Part shown: positions 39,785 to 50,570 of the stretch, piece by piece | How positions within the stretch are numbered: the first letter of the stretch is position 1 | Layout: each line of letters begins with the position of its first letter | DNA from: an uncultured delta proteobacterium | Lineage (GTDB): Bacteria; Myxococcota_A; Polyangia; Fen-1088 | Direction of reading: 5' to 3' | Assembly (NCBI GenBank): GCA_963737265.1 | Contig: CAVTRY010000011.1 | Span: forward strand, 928,001-992,000 | Length of the DNA: 64,000 nt | Translations under genes and position numbers: made by a program | Notes under the pieces: model-generated | What the model saw: only the letters and a program-made list of their open reading frames with translations | Databases searched by the model: none | What the model was told of the DNA's origin: nothing

Positions 39785-42019
39785 CTATTTTCCGAGACGC
39801 GCCTTCACCCGGTCGATCCGGGCCGCGATGCCGCTGTCGCGCGGTGACAAGGACAGCGCGCGTTGGTAGGCGGCCAGCGCCTCGTCGTAGCGCAAAAGCT
39901 TGAAGTACGCGTCGCCCACGTCTTGATGATAGCGGGGCACCTTCGGTTGCAGGCGAACCGCGCGTCTGGCGTAGTCAAGGGCATCCGCGTAGCGAGCGTT
40001 TTCGAAGTCGACCTCGGCGAGCCCTGCCACGGCGTCCGGATTCGTCGCGTCCGCCCGTATGGCGCGATCGAACGCCACTTGCGCGCGCACGAAGTCGCCA
40101 CGCGACAGCGCGCCGTGGCCTTCCGCGGCGGCCCTGGCTGACGCCGCGGGATCGCGGGGCGCGCCGTCCGCCTCCACGGTCTCGGCAGTCGACGTACCTT
40201 TCTTCCTGCTCGTTTTCGCGGGATCCGCAACCTGTGCCTGCTCCGCCGCGGCAGCCACGGGCAGCGGAACAGGGATTTCCTCGTCGCGGGTGCTTGCCCG
40301 ATCGCGCGACACGGGATCCTGGGGATCCATCTGTGAAACGATTTGGTAATAAAGACGGGCCTGGTCGCGTTTTCCACTGTCCCAGAAAATCTGCGCGCGC
40401 TTTCTGAATTCGTCGGCAAGCCGCGCGGTCTGGCGCCCCTCTTTGTCGCTGTCCAGCAGCCGTGCAAGGGAGATGCGAGCCTGGGAGAATTGCCCCCGAG
40501 TCAGTGCCGAAAACAGGTCCGCGGCTGCGCTCCGCGCGCTGTCATCGACCGTGTGGCGCTGGCCGGTGGAAGTCCCGCTCGCGCCTTCGGGATCTCTGTC
40601 CCCGGTCGAACGTGCCTCGGCCGCCAAACCCACCTTGGTGCGCAGATCGGGGTCCCCAGGCAAAAAGCGCAGTGCCTCGCGGTAGCGAACGGCGGCCAAG
40701 TCGTGCAGCTTCGCCTCCAGCAACGCATTGCCGAGACTGCGAAACTGGTTGCCGTACAGCCGCCTCAGAAGAGCGGCGCCGCCGGATGCCGTACCGAGCT
40801 TCTTGGCCTCGCTCTCCGCCTGCTCGATATAGTGCAGGGCCGAGTCGTCAGAGGGTTCGAGGAATTTCTCCGCTCCGGCGGCCACGCCAGCCTTGCGCAA
40901 CCAAGGCGCAACGGTTTCTGGCTCGTCGGTCTTGGTGACCTCGACGTAAACCGGCGTGTACGTCACGATCTCCTTCGGGCGGCGCAGGCCGAAGAAGAGG
41001 GCCAAGCCGAGGCCCACCACCGCGACAATCCCCAGCCCGAGGGCAAGTCGCCGCAGCCGCCGCGAGCGGGGCGACGGCATACCATTGGCCAGCTTTTTCC
41101 GCCAATCCTCGTCGACCGCGGGCAATTCCAAATCGTCCCACTCGGTTTGGATGCGGGTAGCGATCTGGGCATCGCAAAACATGGCCTCGATCACGGCCAT
41201 GTTTTGCGGCCGCTCGGCCGGATTCTTTGCCAACATCTGCAAGATCACGGTCTCGATCTCGGCCGGTATCTTCAACTCGGGCGCGCGCTGGCGCAGAGGT
41301 TGTGGCTTGTCCGTGACATGCTTCGTGATCGTGGTCATCAGATCCTCGTGCCAGAACGGACAGGATCCGGTCAGGATTTCGTAGGCCATGGCGCCGAGCG
41401 AGTAGATGTCGCTGCGGTGATCGTAGCCCTTACCACGGATGCGCTCGGGCGACAGATAGTCGGCCGTGCCCACGATTCGTTCCTCGGGCGCCGCGCCCTC
41501 GGGTGGAGAATCGGCGCTGATGAGCCCGGCAATACCGAAGTCCACCACCTTGACCATGCCACCACGCCTGCCCCCGGTTGCCAGCATGATGTTGTCCGGC
41601 TTGACGTCGAGATGGATAATGCCCTTCTCGTGGGCCGCGCCAAGGGCCTTGCACACCTGGCGCAGAATCGGAATCGCGCGCTCCGCGGCCACGGTCTTGT
41701 CCACGTCAAGCACACGGCGCAACGAGGGTCCGTCGATAAACTCCATCACGAAGAAGACCTGACCATCGGGCAGCTCGCCGAAGTCGGTCACGTCGCAGAT
41801 GAATGGATTGCCGATCTTCGAGGCCGCGCGCGCCTCCCGCCGGAATTGTTCGATCGCCTTGGGATCGCGGGCGCTGGCCGCCAGCAAGGTCTTGAGCGCT
41901 ACGCGCTTTTCCAGGTCAACGTGCTCCGCCTGATACACCGCCCCCATGGCACCGGCGCCAATGCGAGTGATGATGCGGTAGCGCGTCCCTGGGATGATCT
42001 CGCCCGGCGGCAAGGCCAT
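39785..42019 (-). CDS. Membrane Ser/Thr protein kinase with C-terminal TPRs
   Basis: IGAGAMGAVY, VALK, HLDVKPDNI, DFG, YLSPE, one TM, TPR helices. Confidence 0.93.
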   Translation of the reverse strand: MALPPGEIIPGTRYRIITRIGAGAMGAVYQAEHVDLEKRVALKTLLAASARDPKAIEQFRREARAASKIGNPFICDVTDFGELPDGQVFFVMEFIDGPSLRRVLDVDKTVAAERAIPILRQVCKALGAAHEKGIIHLDVKPDNIMLATGGRRGGMVKVVDFGIAGLISADSPPEGAAPEERIVGTADYLSPERIRGKGYDHRSDIYSLGAMAYEILTGSCPFWHEDLMTTITKHVTDKPQPLRQRAPELKIPAEIETVILQMLAKNPAERPQNMAVIEAMFCDAQIATRIQTEWDDLELPAVDEDWRKKLANGMPSPRSRRLRRLALGLGIVAVVGLGLALFFGLRRPKEIVTYTPVYVEVTKTDEPETVAPWLRKAGVAAGAEKFLEPSDDSALHYIEQAESEAKKLGTASGGAALLRRLYGNQFRSLGNALLEAKLHDLAAVRYREALRFLPGDPDLRTKVGLAAEARSTGDRDPEGASGTSTGQRHTVDDSARSAAADLFSALTRGQFSQARISLARLLDSDKEGRQTARLADEFRKRAQIFWDSGKRDQARLYYQIVSQMDPQDPVSRDRASTRDEEIPVPLPVAAAAEQAQVADPAKTSRKKGTSTAETVEADGAPRDPAASARAAAEGHGALSRGDFVRAQVAFDRAIRADATNPDAVAGLAEVDFENARYADALDYARRAVRLQPKVPRYHQDVGDAYFKLLRYDEALAAYQRALSLSPRDSGIAARIDRVKARLGK

Positions 42020-42169
42020 CTTGGTGCTGCCAGTCGTGTAGCGATTGCGCTCTGCCGAAGGTCTTTCCACGTCGGGTCCCGGTTACGATCGGCAACCGAA
42101 TTTCGTTCCGGTGCCGAACGGCATGTTATCACGCTGTGAGATGGAGCGGACCTGTGGCATTTTCTCGCC

Positions 42170-42529
42170 ATGCCCGCCCCAACCAGTCCCCGCAAGAAGT
42201 CCCTGATGCCGTCTTCCCCGCTGCGCCGCCGCATGCGGGGGCTTGGGCATGCCCTGCCGCCCGTGGTCCAGATCGGCAAGCAAGGCGTCACCCCGTCGGT
42301 CGTCGCGCAGGTTGCGCACGCCCTGCTCGATCACGAGCTCATCAAGGTGAAGCTCGGAGCGGAGAGCCCCGCGACGCGTTTCGAAGTCGCCGAGCGACTG
42401 GGGGATGAATCCGGCGTGAAGGTAGTTCAAATCCTTGGGCGCACCGTCCTTTTGTATAAGCGCAATCCCAAGAAACTGAAGATCGAGCCCGACAAGAAAC
42501 GGCCCGAAAGCCGACCGACCCGGCGCTAG
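42170..42529 (+). CDS. yhbY: YhbY/CRM RNA-binding protein
   Basis: GHALPPVVQIGKQG, HELIKVK, QILGRTVLLY. Confidence 0.9.
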   Translation: MPAPTSPRKKSLMPSSPLRRRMRGLGHALPPVVQIGKQGVTPSVVAQVAHALLDHELIKVKLGAESPATRFEVAERLGDESGVKVVQILGRTVLLYKRNPKKLKIEPDKKRPESRPTRR

Positions 42530-42544
42530 AATATCCGACCTACC

Positions 42545-43402
42545 ATGAAACTCGCTGCCAGTTTGCATGACCGCGTTCTCGCCGCCGCCGAAGCGGTGGA
42601 ACAGCACCTCGGCGCCGAAGGGGTCGAAGTCGCCGTGATTCTGGGTTCAGGACTGGCGAGCGCCGCCGACCGCCTGCTCGAATCGAGATCGATCGACTAT
42701 GCTGCCTTGCCCTGTTTCCCGGAGCCCACGGTGGCCGGGCATCCGGGGCGCCTGATTTGCGGGCGCTGGGGCGACAGGAAGGTCCTAATTTTTTGTGGCC
42801 GCGTCCATTCCTACGAGGGCTACTCCGCCACCGAGATCGGACTTCCGGTGCGTGTCGCGGCCACGCTCGGAGCGCAGACCTTGATCGTGACCAACGTGGC
42901 CGGTGGCCTCGAACCTTCCTACGCAGTCGGCGAAATCGTCGCCATCCGCGATCACATCAACCTGACCGGGACGTCGCCCCTTGGCGGTCCCAACGACGAG
43001 CGTCTGGGTCCGCGTTTCATCGACATGAGCGAACCTTATTCCTCAGCCTTGCGCAACCTCACGGCGAGGGCCGCCGAAGGTCTGTTTGGCGCGCGTTTGC
43101 GCGAAGGGGTCTACGTCGCCATGTCCGGTCCGTCCTACGAAACGCCCGCCGAGGTCCGCATGCTGCGCATCCTGGGCGCCGATCTCGTCGGCATGTCGAC
43201 CGTCCACGAGGTCATCGCCGCGCGCCATTCTGGACTCGCGGTGCTCGGCCTGTCGATGATCGCCAATCCGGCGGCGGGAGTCCAAAGCGTGCCGCTCAGC
43301 CACGAGGATGTCACGGCCGCCGCCGCCGCTGGAGCCGCGCACATGGGCGAATTGATCGAAGCCGTGGTAACGCGCCTACCGCTCGAAGCATCTCACTCGT
43401 GA
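42545..43402 (+). CDS. Purine-nucleoside phosphorylase (trimeric type)
   Basis: ILGSGL, GRVHSYEG, GPSYETPAE, VGMSTVHEV. Confidence 0.93.
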   Translation: MKLAASLHDRVLAAAEAVEQHLGAEGVEVAVILGSGLASAADRLLESRSIDYAALPCFPEPTVAGHPGRLICGRWGDRKVLIFCGRVHSYEGYSATEIGLPVRVAATLGAQTLIVTNVAGGLEPSYAVGEIVAIRDHINLTGTSPLGGPNDERLGPRFIDMSEPYSSALRNLTARAAEGLFGARLREGVYVAMSGPSYETPAEVRMLRILGADLVGMSTVHEVIAARHSGLAVLGLSMIANPAAGVQSVPLSHEDVTAAAAAGAAHMGELIEAVVTRLPLEASHS

Positions 43403-43459
43403 GCCTGCTCTTCGGCAGGTCGCAGCAGATCGACTATCAGCCCCACCAAGGAGAGCGCC

Positions 43460-44038
43460 GTGGAACATAAGCTACCGGAACTGCCCTACGCACGAAACGC
43501 CCTGGCCCCGCACATCTCGGCCGAGACCATCGAGTACCACTACGGCAAGCATCACGCCGCCTACGTTGCGAACCTGAACAAGCTCATCGCGGCCACCGAG
43601 TTCGCGGAGCTGTCGCTGGAAGACATCGTCAAGAAGGCCGGCGGCGGTATTTTCAACAACGCGGCCCAGGTGTGGAACCACTCGTTTTACTGGAATTGCT
43701 TGTCGCCCAAGGGTGGCGGCGAACCGAGCGGAGCGCTGGCCGATGCCATCGTGAAGAACTTCACCTCGTTCGCTGGTTTCAAAGAGAAGCTGACCAACGC
43801 TGCGATCACGCAGTTTGGCTCGGGCTGGGCGTGGCTGGTGAAGAACCCCGATGGCTCGCTTGCCATCGAACAGACCAGCAACGCCGGCACGCCGCTCAAG
43901 GACGGCAAGCAGCCGCTGCTAACCGTGGACGTCTGGGAACACGCATACTACGTCGACTACCGCAACGCCCGCGCCGCCTACGTGGAAGCCTACTGGAAGT
44001 TGGTGAACTGGCAGTTCGCAGGCGAAAATCTGAAGTAG
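43460..44038 (+). CDS. sodB: Superoxide dismutase [Fe]
   Basis: HYGKHH, FNNAAQVWNH (Fe-type AAQ), DVWEHAYY. Confidence 0.95.
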   Translation: MEHKLPELPYARNALAPHISAETIEYHYGKHHAAYVANLNKLIAATEFAELSLEDIVKKAGGGIFNNAAQVWNHSFYWNCLSPKGGGEPSGALADAIVKNFTSFAGFKEKLTNAAITQFGSGWAWLVKNPDGSLAIEQTSNAGTPLKDGKQPLLTVDVWEHAYYVDYRNARAAYVEAYWKLVNWQFAGENLK

Positions 44039-44164
44039 ACTCGGTTCCCCGGCAAAGACTCGCCGTCGCGACGGCAGGGCGTCTGCCGCGATGCCGTGAC
44101 GACGCTTCCCTCGCACCTTTTCCCAGACTGCGGTATGGTTCCACCCCTGCGGTAGGCGTCCATC

Positions 44165-45235
44165 ATGGTCATCCAGGTTCTACTTCGGGATCCTCGCTCG
44201 GGTAGCGAGACAAAATACGAGTTCGATCAGTCGCCGGTTCGCATCGGCAGGAATCAGCTCAATAACGTGATCTTGGAAGGCAATTTCGTCTCCGGCTGGC
44301 ACGGTACCATCCGCTTCGACAACACCGGGACGTACTACTTCGATCTCGGGTCGACGAACGGCACTTGCATCGACGGCAAGCGTCTTGCCAAGAACACGGC
44401 CATTCCGCTCCAACAGACGACCCATCTGACCATCTGGATGTACGAGCTCGTGGTCACGCCGGGCGTACCGGGAGGGCTGGCCGAGTCGCCAGCGCGCAAG
44501 ACCAACGCCGGAACCCTGGTCGGCACCGGCAGCGCCCCCGAAGGTCTAGAAATGGCGGCGAGAGCGTCGGTTGCTTCTGGTTTTCCCGGCGTGGCAACGA
44601 GAAGTGCCGTGCCGCTCGTCCCCACGTCGACGCCGCCGACCAGCGCGACAAGCAGGCCCCTCTCGCACCCGCGCTCGACCCCCGTCCCGACCGACGACCA
44701 GACCGCGAATCGGCTGATCCGCTGCCTGCGCATCATCGGCGCCTTCAGCGAAGCCTTCATCGGCTTAAAAAAGGGCTACGAGCAGTTCGGTTCCGAGGTC
44801 GGCGTTCGGCCCTTGAGCGGAAACACGCCCTTGCACCGCGCGCGTACCAGCCAGGAAACTATCGAGTACCTACTCGATCCGGCCAACGATCCCGACGCCT
44901 GCGCGCGCGACCTGAACGCGGTTTTCGCCGACATGGGAATCCACGATGTCGCCCTCATGGAAGGCATCTCGCAAAGCGTGCGCGGGATTTTGGAAAAGCT
45001 CGACCCCAATGTTCTCAATTTGAAAATGGGCGCGGGGCTGTGGTCGGGATCGAAGGCGAAGTCGCAATGGAATGCCTACGTCGAGGCGTTCAACAACTTG
45101 CTTGGCGAGGATTCCGCCCTTCACGCCGAGATCTTCGGCGAGGAGTTCGCGCGCGCCTACGCCAGCGTTGCGCTCGGGGATGAAACTGCCGCTGAGCGCG
45201 ACGGAGGCACGAACGCGAAAGAAGGGAGCAGCTGA
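44165..45235 (+). CDS. tagH: T6SS-associated FHA-domain protein (TagH-like)
   Basis: FHA IGR...VSGWHG...DLGSTNGT; C-terminal H..ALMEG...LDP...FGEEFARAY. Confidence 0.85.
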   Translation: MVIQVLLRDPRSGSETKYEFDQSPVRIGRNQLNNVILEGNFVSGWHGTIRFDNTGTYYFDLGSTNGTCIDGKRLAKNTAIPLQQTTHLTIWMYELVVTPGVPGGLAESPARKTNAGTLVGTGSAPEGLEMAARASVASGFPGVATRSAVPLVPTSTPPTSATSRPLSHPRSTPVPTDDQTANRLIRCLRIIGAFSEAFIGLKKGYEQFGSEVGVRPLSGNTPLHRARTSQETIEYLLDPANDPDACARDLNAVFADMGIHDVALMEGISQSVRGILEKLDPNVLNLKMGAGLWSGSKAKSQWNAYVEAFNNLLGEDSALHAEIFGEEFARAYASVALGDETAAERDGGTNAKEGSS

Positions 45236-45243
45236 CGAAGACC

Positions 45244-45288
45244 GTCGGCCACGGCCACGCTGACGACCAGGACCACGTCCACGACCAC
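45244..45288. repeat. Intergenic CACGAC hexamer tract
   Basis: GTCGGCCACGGCCACGCTGACGACCAGGACCACGTCCACGACCAC. Confidence 0.6.
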
Positions 45289-45370
45289 CATTCATGCGAC
45301 CCGACGCATCCGTCGCACAACCGTTGCACTCGCGGGTCGGACAAAACGTAGGATGACAAGCGAAATCCGC

Positions 45371-45413
45371 TTGACATAATTGCGGTCCTGAAGGTTAATG
45401 GCACGCTGTTTCA
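45371..45413 (+). promoter_or_regulatory. Candidate tssA promoter region
   Basis: TTGACA at 45371 with a weak -10 (GTTAAT), overlapping a sigma-54-like TGGCACGCTGTTTCA at 45399-45413 that has a non-consensus -12. Confidence 0.35.
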
Positions 45414-45429
45414 ATCAGTTGGCGAGAAT

Positions 45430-46476
45430 ATGGCTCTTAAGAACATCGAATCGCTGCTCCAACCTGTTTCGTCGGACGCTCCGTGTGGGACGGACCTAGA
45501 ATACGATCCGTCGTTTCTTGAGCTTGAGCGCGCGTCGCAAGGCAAGCCGGAGCAACAGATGGGCAGCACCATCGTTGCGGCGCAAGAAGCAGACTGGAAG
45601 GACGTCGGGAACCGCGCTCTCGACCTGCTGGCCAAAACGAAGGATCTGCGCATCGCCAGCCGCCTGGTACGCGCCCTGCTAAACACGGATGGGTTGGCCG
45701 GCCTGGCCGACGGCCTTGCTGTCATGCGTGGGTTGGTCGAGAACTTCTGGGACGGTGTCTATCCCAAATTGGATCCCGAGGAGAACAGCGATCCCACGTT
45801 TCGGGTCAACATTCTGATGGGACTGTGCGATCCGGCAGCGACGATCGACCGCGTCCGGTTGATTCCAATCGTTAGCGCGCGGTCGTTCGGCCGTTTCAGC
45901 CTGCGCGACATCGCCATCTCGTCGGGCGAGCAGCCGCCGCTGCCGGGCGCGGATCCGCCGGCTCCTGCCTCCATCGACGGTGCCTTCACCGAATGCCCCG
46001 TCCCCGCGCTGCAGGCAACGCTTGAGGTCTTGCAGTCCTCGCTGCAAAGTCTGACGGCCATCGAGTCCTTCGTGGGAGAGAAAGTCGGGGCATCGAGCGG
46101 ACCCAATTTTGCCAAACTGGCCGATGTGCTCCGCTCGGGCGAGAAAATCCTGGTCAGTCGACTCGCTCGGCGCGGAGTTTCGGCCGAAGCTGCGGACGGC
46201 GGGCTTGGCGATGGCGGTGGAACGAACGGCGCGGACGGTCAGTCGCACGGCCCAGGACAACCCATCACCGGCGAAATCAACAGCCGAGAAGATGTCCTCC
46301 GCGTGCTGGACAAGGTCTGCAACTACTACCAGCGCTACGAGCCTTCCAGCCCGATCCCCCTTTTGCTACAAAGAAGCAAGAGGTTGGTATCCGCGAACTT
46401 TTTAGATATCGTTCGGGATCTGGCCCCGGAAGGACTGCCGCAGATTGAGAATCTGCGGGGCAAGGACACGACGTAA
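45430..46476 (+). CDS. tssA: T6SS TssA (ImpA family)
   Basis: PCGTDLEYDP, TKDLR, FWDGVYP, INSREDV...EPSSPIP. Confidence 0.93.
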   Translation: MALKNIESLLQPVSSDAPCGTDLEYDPSFLELERASQGKPEQQMGSTIVAAQEADWKDVGNRALDLLAKTKDLRIASRLVRALLNTDGLAGLADGLAVMRGLVENFWDGVYPKLDPEENSDPTFRVNILMGLCDPAATIDRVRLIPIVSARSFGRFSLRDIAISSGEQPPLPGADPPAPASIDGAFTECPVPALQATLEVLQSSLQSLTAIESFVGEKVGASSGPNFAKLADVLRSGEKILVSRLARRGVSAEAADGGLGDGGGTNGADGQSHGPGQPITGEINSREDVLRVLDKVCNYYQRYEPSSPIPLLLQRSKRLVSANFLDIVRDLAPEGLPQIENLRGKDTT

Positions 46477-46530
46477 CGAACGCGACGTAAAGCTGTTAGG
46501 CGACTTCAACATCAGAGGTAGGTGGATACT

Positions 46531-47070
46531 ATGGCAACCAGTTCGCAAAAATTCATCCAGAGAAACCGTGCACCTCGCGTGCAGATCGAATACGACGTCG
46601 AGCTCTACGGCGCCGAGAAGAAGGTCCAACTGCCCTTCGTCATGGGGGTCATGTCGGACCTTTCGGGCAATCCAGCCGAGCCGCTCGCTCCCGTAGCCGA
46701 CCGAAAGTTCGTCGACATCTCAGTGGACAATTTCGACGATCGGCTCAAGGCCATGAAGCCGCGCGTGGCGGTCCAGGTTCCCAACACCTTGACCGGCGAA
46801 GGGAATCTCAGCGTCGACCTTTCCTTCGAGAGCCTCGATGATTTCTCGCCCGCGGCCATCGCACGCAAGGTTGGCGCGCTCAATCAGCTGCTGCAGGCGC
46901 GCAACCAGTTGTCGAACCTGGTGACCTACATGGATGGACGAACCGGCGCCGAGGATCTGATCGCCAATCTCCTGCGAGATCCAACGCTCCTGCAGACGCT
47001 CGCAGCGGCTCCGAAACCCGACGCCGGAGGCGAGAGCGCCGCCGGTCAAGACAAGCCCCAGGACAAATAG
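46531..47070 (+). CDS. tssB: T6SS sheath small subunit
   Basis: SSQKFIQRNRAPRVQIEYDVE, LPFVMGVMSDLSG, LDDFSP. Confidence 0.96.
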   Translation: MATSSQKFIQRNRAPRVQIEYDVELYGAEKKVQLPFVMGVMSDLSGNPAEPLAPVADRKFVDISVDNFDDRLKAMKPRVAVQVPNTLTGEGNLSVDLSFESLDDFSPAAIARKVGALNQLLQARNQLSNLVTYMDGRTGAEDLIANLLRDPTLLQTLAAAPKPDAGGESAAGQDKPQDK

Positions 47071-47096
47071 AGGACAAGTAGCAGTGAGGAAGACCC

Positions 47097-48593
47097 ATGG
47101 CTGAGACACAGAAAAGCGCAGACGCCCAAGCTGCCTCCGCAACGATGGAGGAGAACGAATTCGCCTCCCTGCTGAACAAGGAGTTCAAGCCCCAGACCGA
47201 CGGTGCCAAGTCGGAAATCGAAAACGCCGTCAAGACCCTGGCCCAGCAGGCGCTGGCTAGCACTCGGCTCATCTCGAACGACGTGGTGCAAACCATCAAC
47301 GCGATCGTGGCCGAGATCGACCGGAAGATGACCGAGCAGATCAACAAGATCATGCACACGCCGGAGTTTCAACAGCTCGAAGGCGCGTGGCGTGGCCTGC
47401 ATTACCTCGTGACCAACAGCGAAACCGACGATCAGCTCAAGATTCGGGTCATGAACGTCTCGAAAAAGGATCTGCACAAAACGCTCAAGCGCTACAAGGG
47501 CGCCGCGTGGGATCAGAGCCCAATCTTCAAGAAACTGTATGAGGACGAGTACGGCACCCTCGGCGGCGAGCCGTTCGGCTGCCTGGTCGGCGACTACTAC
47601 TTCGATCAGGGGCCGATGGACGTCGAGCTTCTCGGCGAAATGGCAAAAATCGCCGCCGCGGCGCATGCGCCGTTCCTGTCCGCCGCCTCGCCCACCGTGT
47701 TCCAGATGGAGTCGTGGCAAGAGCTCAGCAATCCCCGAGATCTGACCAAGATTTTCTCGGTTCCCGAGTACGCCGGCTGGCGCTCCCTGCGCGAATCCGA
47801 CGATGCCCGCTATTTGGGCCTCACCATGCCGCGCTTCCTTGCCCGCCGACCCTACGGCGCCAAGACCAATCCGGTCGAGGAGTTCAACTTCGAAGAAGAT
47901 GCCGCCGGGCCGGATTCGAAGAAGTACACCTGGGCGAATTCGGCCTATGCCATGGCGGTGAATATCAACCGCTCCTTCAAGATGTACGGCTGGTGCTCGC
48001 GCATTCGCGGCATCGAATCGGGCGGCGCGGTCGAAGGGTTGCCCACGCACACCTTCCCGACCGACGACGGCGGCCTCGACATCAAGTGCCCGACCGAAAT
48101 CGCCATTAGCGACCGGCGCGAAGCCGAGTTGGCGAAGAACGGGTTTATGCCGCTCGTCTACAAGAAGAACTCCGACTTCGCCGCCTTCATCGGCGCCCAA
48201 TCGCTGCAGAAGCCAGCTCAGTACGACGATCCGGACGCGTCCGCGAATGCGGCGTTGGCTGCGCGTCTGCCCTATCTGTTCGCAACCTGTCGCTTCGCCC
48301 ACTATTTGAAGTGCATCGTCCGCGACAAGATCGGATCCTTCAGGGAGTCCGATGATATGCAGCGCTGGTTGCAGGACTGGATCATGAAATACGTGGACGG
48401 CGATCCGGCCCACTCCAGCGAAGAAACCAAGGCCAAGAAACCGCTTGCGGCGGCTGAAGTCACGGTGGAACCGATCGAGGGAAACCCGGGCTATTACTCG
48501 TCTAAGTTCTTCTTGCGACCGCACTACCAACTGGAGGGACTGACCGTGTCCCTTCGACTTGTTTCCAAGCTCCCGTCCGCCAAGGGCGGCTAG
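47097..48593 (+). CDS. tssC: T6SS sheath large subunit
   Basis: FQQLEGAWRGL, GGEPFG, KCPTEIAISDRRE, FLRPHYQLEGL. Confidence 0.97.
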   Translation: MAETQKSADAQAASATMEENEFASLLNKEFKPQTDGAKSEIENAVKTLAQQALASTRLISNDVVQTINAIVAEIDRKMTEQINKIMHTPEFQQLEGAWRGLHYLVTNSETDDQLKIRVMNVSKKDLHKTLKRYKGAAWDQSPIFKKLYEDEYGTLGGEPFGCLVGDYYFDQGPMDVELLGEMAKIAAAAHAPFLSAASPTVFQMESWQELSNPRDLTKIFSVPEYAGWRSLRESDDARYLGLTMPRFLARRPYGAKTNPVEEFNFEEDAAGPDSKKYTWANSAYAMAVNINRSFKMYGWCSRIRGIESGGAVEGLPTHTFPTDDGGLDIKCPTEIAISDRREAELAKNGFMPLVYKKNSDFAAFIGAQSLQKPAQYDDPDASANAALAARLPYLFATCRFAHYLKCIVRDKIGSFRESDDMQRWLQDWIMKYVDGDPAHSSEETKAKKPLAAAEVTVEPIEGNPGYYSSKFFLRPHYQLEGLTVSLRLVSKLPSAKGG

Positions 48594-48659
48594 CTTCCAA
48601 CCATTTCTCATCACCATCGTTCAGTACGAAAGTTCACATAGTAGGAAGGAGTCGGGAAA

Positions 48660-49145
48660 ATGGCCATTAGCGCGACACTGAAACTGAAGACAATCAAGGG
48701 CGAATCGGCAATCAAGGGGCACGAAGATCAAATCGACGTGCTTAGTTGGAACTGGGGCATCACCCAGTCCGCTTCGGCGCACGTTGCAGCGGGGGCCGGA
48801 ACGGGTTCGGCCGACGTCAAGGACCTGCGTATCACCAAGTATGTGGACAAGGCCACACCGACCCTTTATCAGTCGGCCTTCAAGGGCGACGATATCGGAC
48901 CGGCTACCTTGACCCTTATGAAGGTGTCCGGCGACAAGGCGCTGGAATACGTCACCATCACCATGGAGTCGACGGTGATCATCTCGTCGATTACGTCAGG
49001 CGATGCGTTGCCGAACGATCGCTTCACGGAAAGCGTGACTTTGAACTTCGGCAAAGCCACGTTCGTGTACACGCCACAGGGCGACGGTCAAAAACCAGGG
49101 GGCGCGGTCACCGGCACCCTGGCTATCGCCAAGCAATACGGCTGA
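48660..49145 (+). CDS. hcp: T6SS tube protein Hcp
   Basis: IKGES...HEDQIDVLSWNWG, TKYVDKATP, ESVTLNF. Confidence 0.93.
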   Translation: MAISATLKLKTIKGESAIKGHEDQIDVLSWNWGITQSASAHVAAGAGTGSADVKDLRITKYVDKATPTLYQSAFKGDDIGPATLTLMKVSGDKALEYVTITMESTVIISSITSGDALPNDRFTESVTLNFGKATFVYTPQGDGQKPGGAVTGTLAIAKQYG

Positions 49146-49231
49146 CAGGACAAGGATCGGACTATGGGCGGGCGTTCACCGCGCGCGCCCATAGTTTCCG
49201 ATCCGCATTCTTCGCACCTAGGCAGCCTAAC

Positions 49232-50062
49232 ATGAGCAACATCGAAGATGACGTGCGGCAAGGGAAGCTGGAGGAAGCGCTGGCCAGCTTGCAAGCCGCG
49301 ATCCGCAAAGCCCCTGCCGATGCCAAATACCGCACCTTTCTTTTCCAGTTACTCTCCGTGATGGGCCAGTGGGAGCGGGCCATGACCCAGCTCAATGTGG
49401 TCGGCGATTTGGATGCCAAGGCGCTGCCCATGGTCCAAACCTACCGAGCGGCTTTGAAATGCGAAGAGCTTCGCGGCGAGGTCTTCGCCGGACGGCGAAC
49501 GCCGTTGTTTTTCGGCGAGCCGGCCGCGTGGGCGGCCCTGCTCCTGCAGTCGCTGTCGCTTGCGACGCAAGGTCGTGCCGACCAGTCCGACGCCCTCCGC
49601 GCCCAGGCGCTCGAACAAGCGCCAGCCTCGGCGGGGCGCATCGATGGCCAACCCTTCGCTTGGCTTGCCGACGCGGACGCCCGTCTCGGGCCCATCCTCG
49701 AAGCTATCGCGAACGGAAAATACTACTGGATCCCTTTCGCCAACCTCAGCGCCATTCGCATCGAGAAGCCGGTTGACCTGCGCGACTTGGCGTGGGTTCC
49801 CGCCTACCTCACCCTCAGCAACGGCGGCGAGCTCGTGTCCTTGATTCCCACCCGCTACCCTGGTTCGGAATCCAGCGCGGACACGGCCATCCGCATGGCA
49901 CGCAAGACCGACTGGATCGGGCACCAGGATGGCACCAGCTCGGGGCTAGGCCAGCGCATGTTCGCCACCGATCAGGGCGACTATCCCTTGCTCGAAGTCC
50001 GCTCCATCGAGTTCGACCCACCTCCCGAGCCAGTCGGCGAGACGGCTTTGGACAATGGCTGA
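49232..50062 (+). CDS. tagJ: ImpE/SciE (TagJ) accessory protein
   Basis: LFQLLSVMGQWERA, WLADADARLGP, DLRDLAW, IPTRYPGS, GLGQR. Confidence 0.9.
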   Translation: MSNIEDDVRQGKLEEALASLQAAIRKAPADAKYRTFLFQLLSVMGQWERAMTQLNVVGDLDAKALPMVQTYRAALKCEELRGEVFAGRRTPLFFGEPAAWAALLLQSLSLATQGRADQSDALRAQALEQAPASAGRIDGQPFAWLADADARLGPILEAIANGKYYWIPFANLSAIRIEKPVDLRDLAWVPAYLTLSNGGELVSLIPTRYPGSESSADTAIRMARKTDWIGHQDGTSSGLGQRMFATDQGDYPLLEVRSIEFDPPPEPVGETALDNG

Positions 50063-50570
50063 TCTCACACAGAAAGAACGGCTTCAGCCCTCGCTTCTGG
50101 ATCGCCTCACGGACCAGGATCCGGACAAAAAGATGGAATCGCGCGACGCCCGCGTGCTTTCTCCCAGCAGGCTGCGGGATAGCGTGCGGCGCGATCTGGC
50201 CTGGTTGCTCAACACCACGCACTTGCAAGCCACACAGGACTTGGCAGAGCATCCGCTGGTTTCTCACTCGGTGTTGAATTTCGGGATGCCAGACCTGGCT
50301 GGCCGTACCGCGTCGGACATGGACAAACCCGCGCTCGAACAGGCCATCCGCGACGCCATCACCGATTTCGAGCCACGCCTGGTCGCCAACAGCCTGCGGG
50401 TGAAGCTGGTCGTCGACGACCGTCAGATGAACCGCAACGCCATGTCATTCGATATCGAGGCCGAGCTGTGGGCGCAGCCGCTTCCGCTGCGGCTGTTCCT
50501 GCGAACGGCCGTCGATCTGGAAAGCGGAACCGTCGAAATCAGGGACGCGGGCGGCAAGGGAGGCACCTAA
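50055..50570 (+). CDS. tssE: T6SS baseplate TssE
   Basis: LQPSLLDRLTD, RDLAWLLNT, FEPRL. Confidence 0.93.
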   Translation: MADLTQKERLQPSLLDRLTDQDPDKKMESRDARVLSPSRLRDSVRRDLAWLLNTTHLQATQDLAEHPLVSHSVLNFGMPDLAGRTASDMDKPALEQAIRDAITDFEPRLVANSLRVKLVVDDRQMNRNAMSFDIEAELWAQPLPLRLFLRTAVDLESGTVEIRDAGGKGGT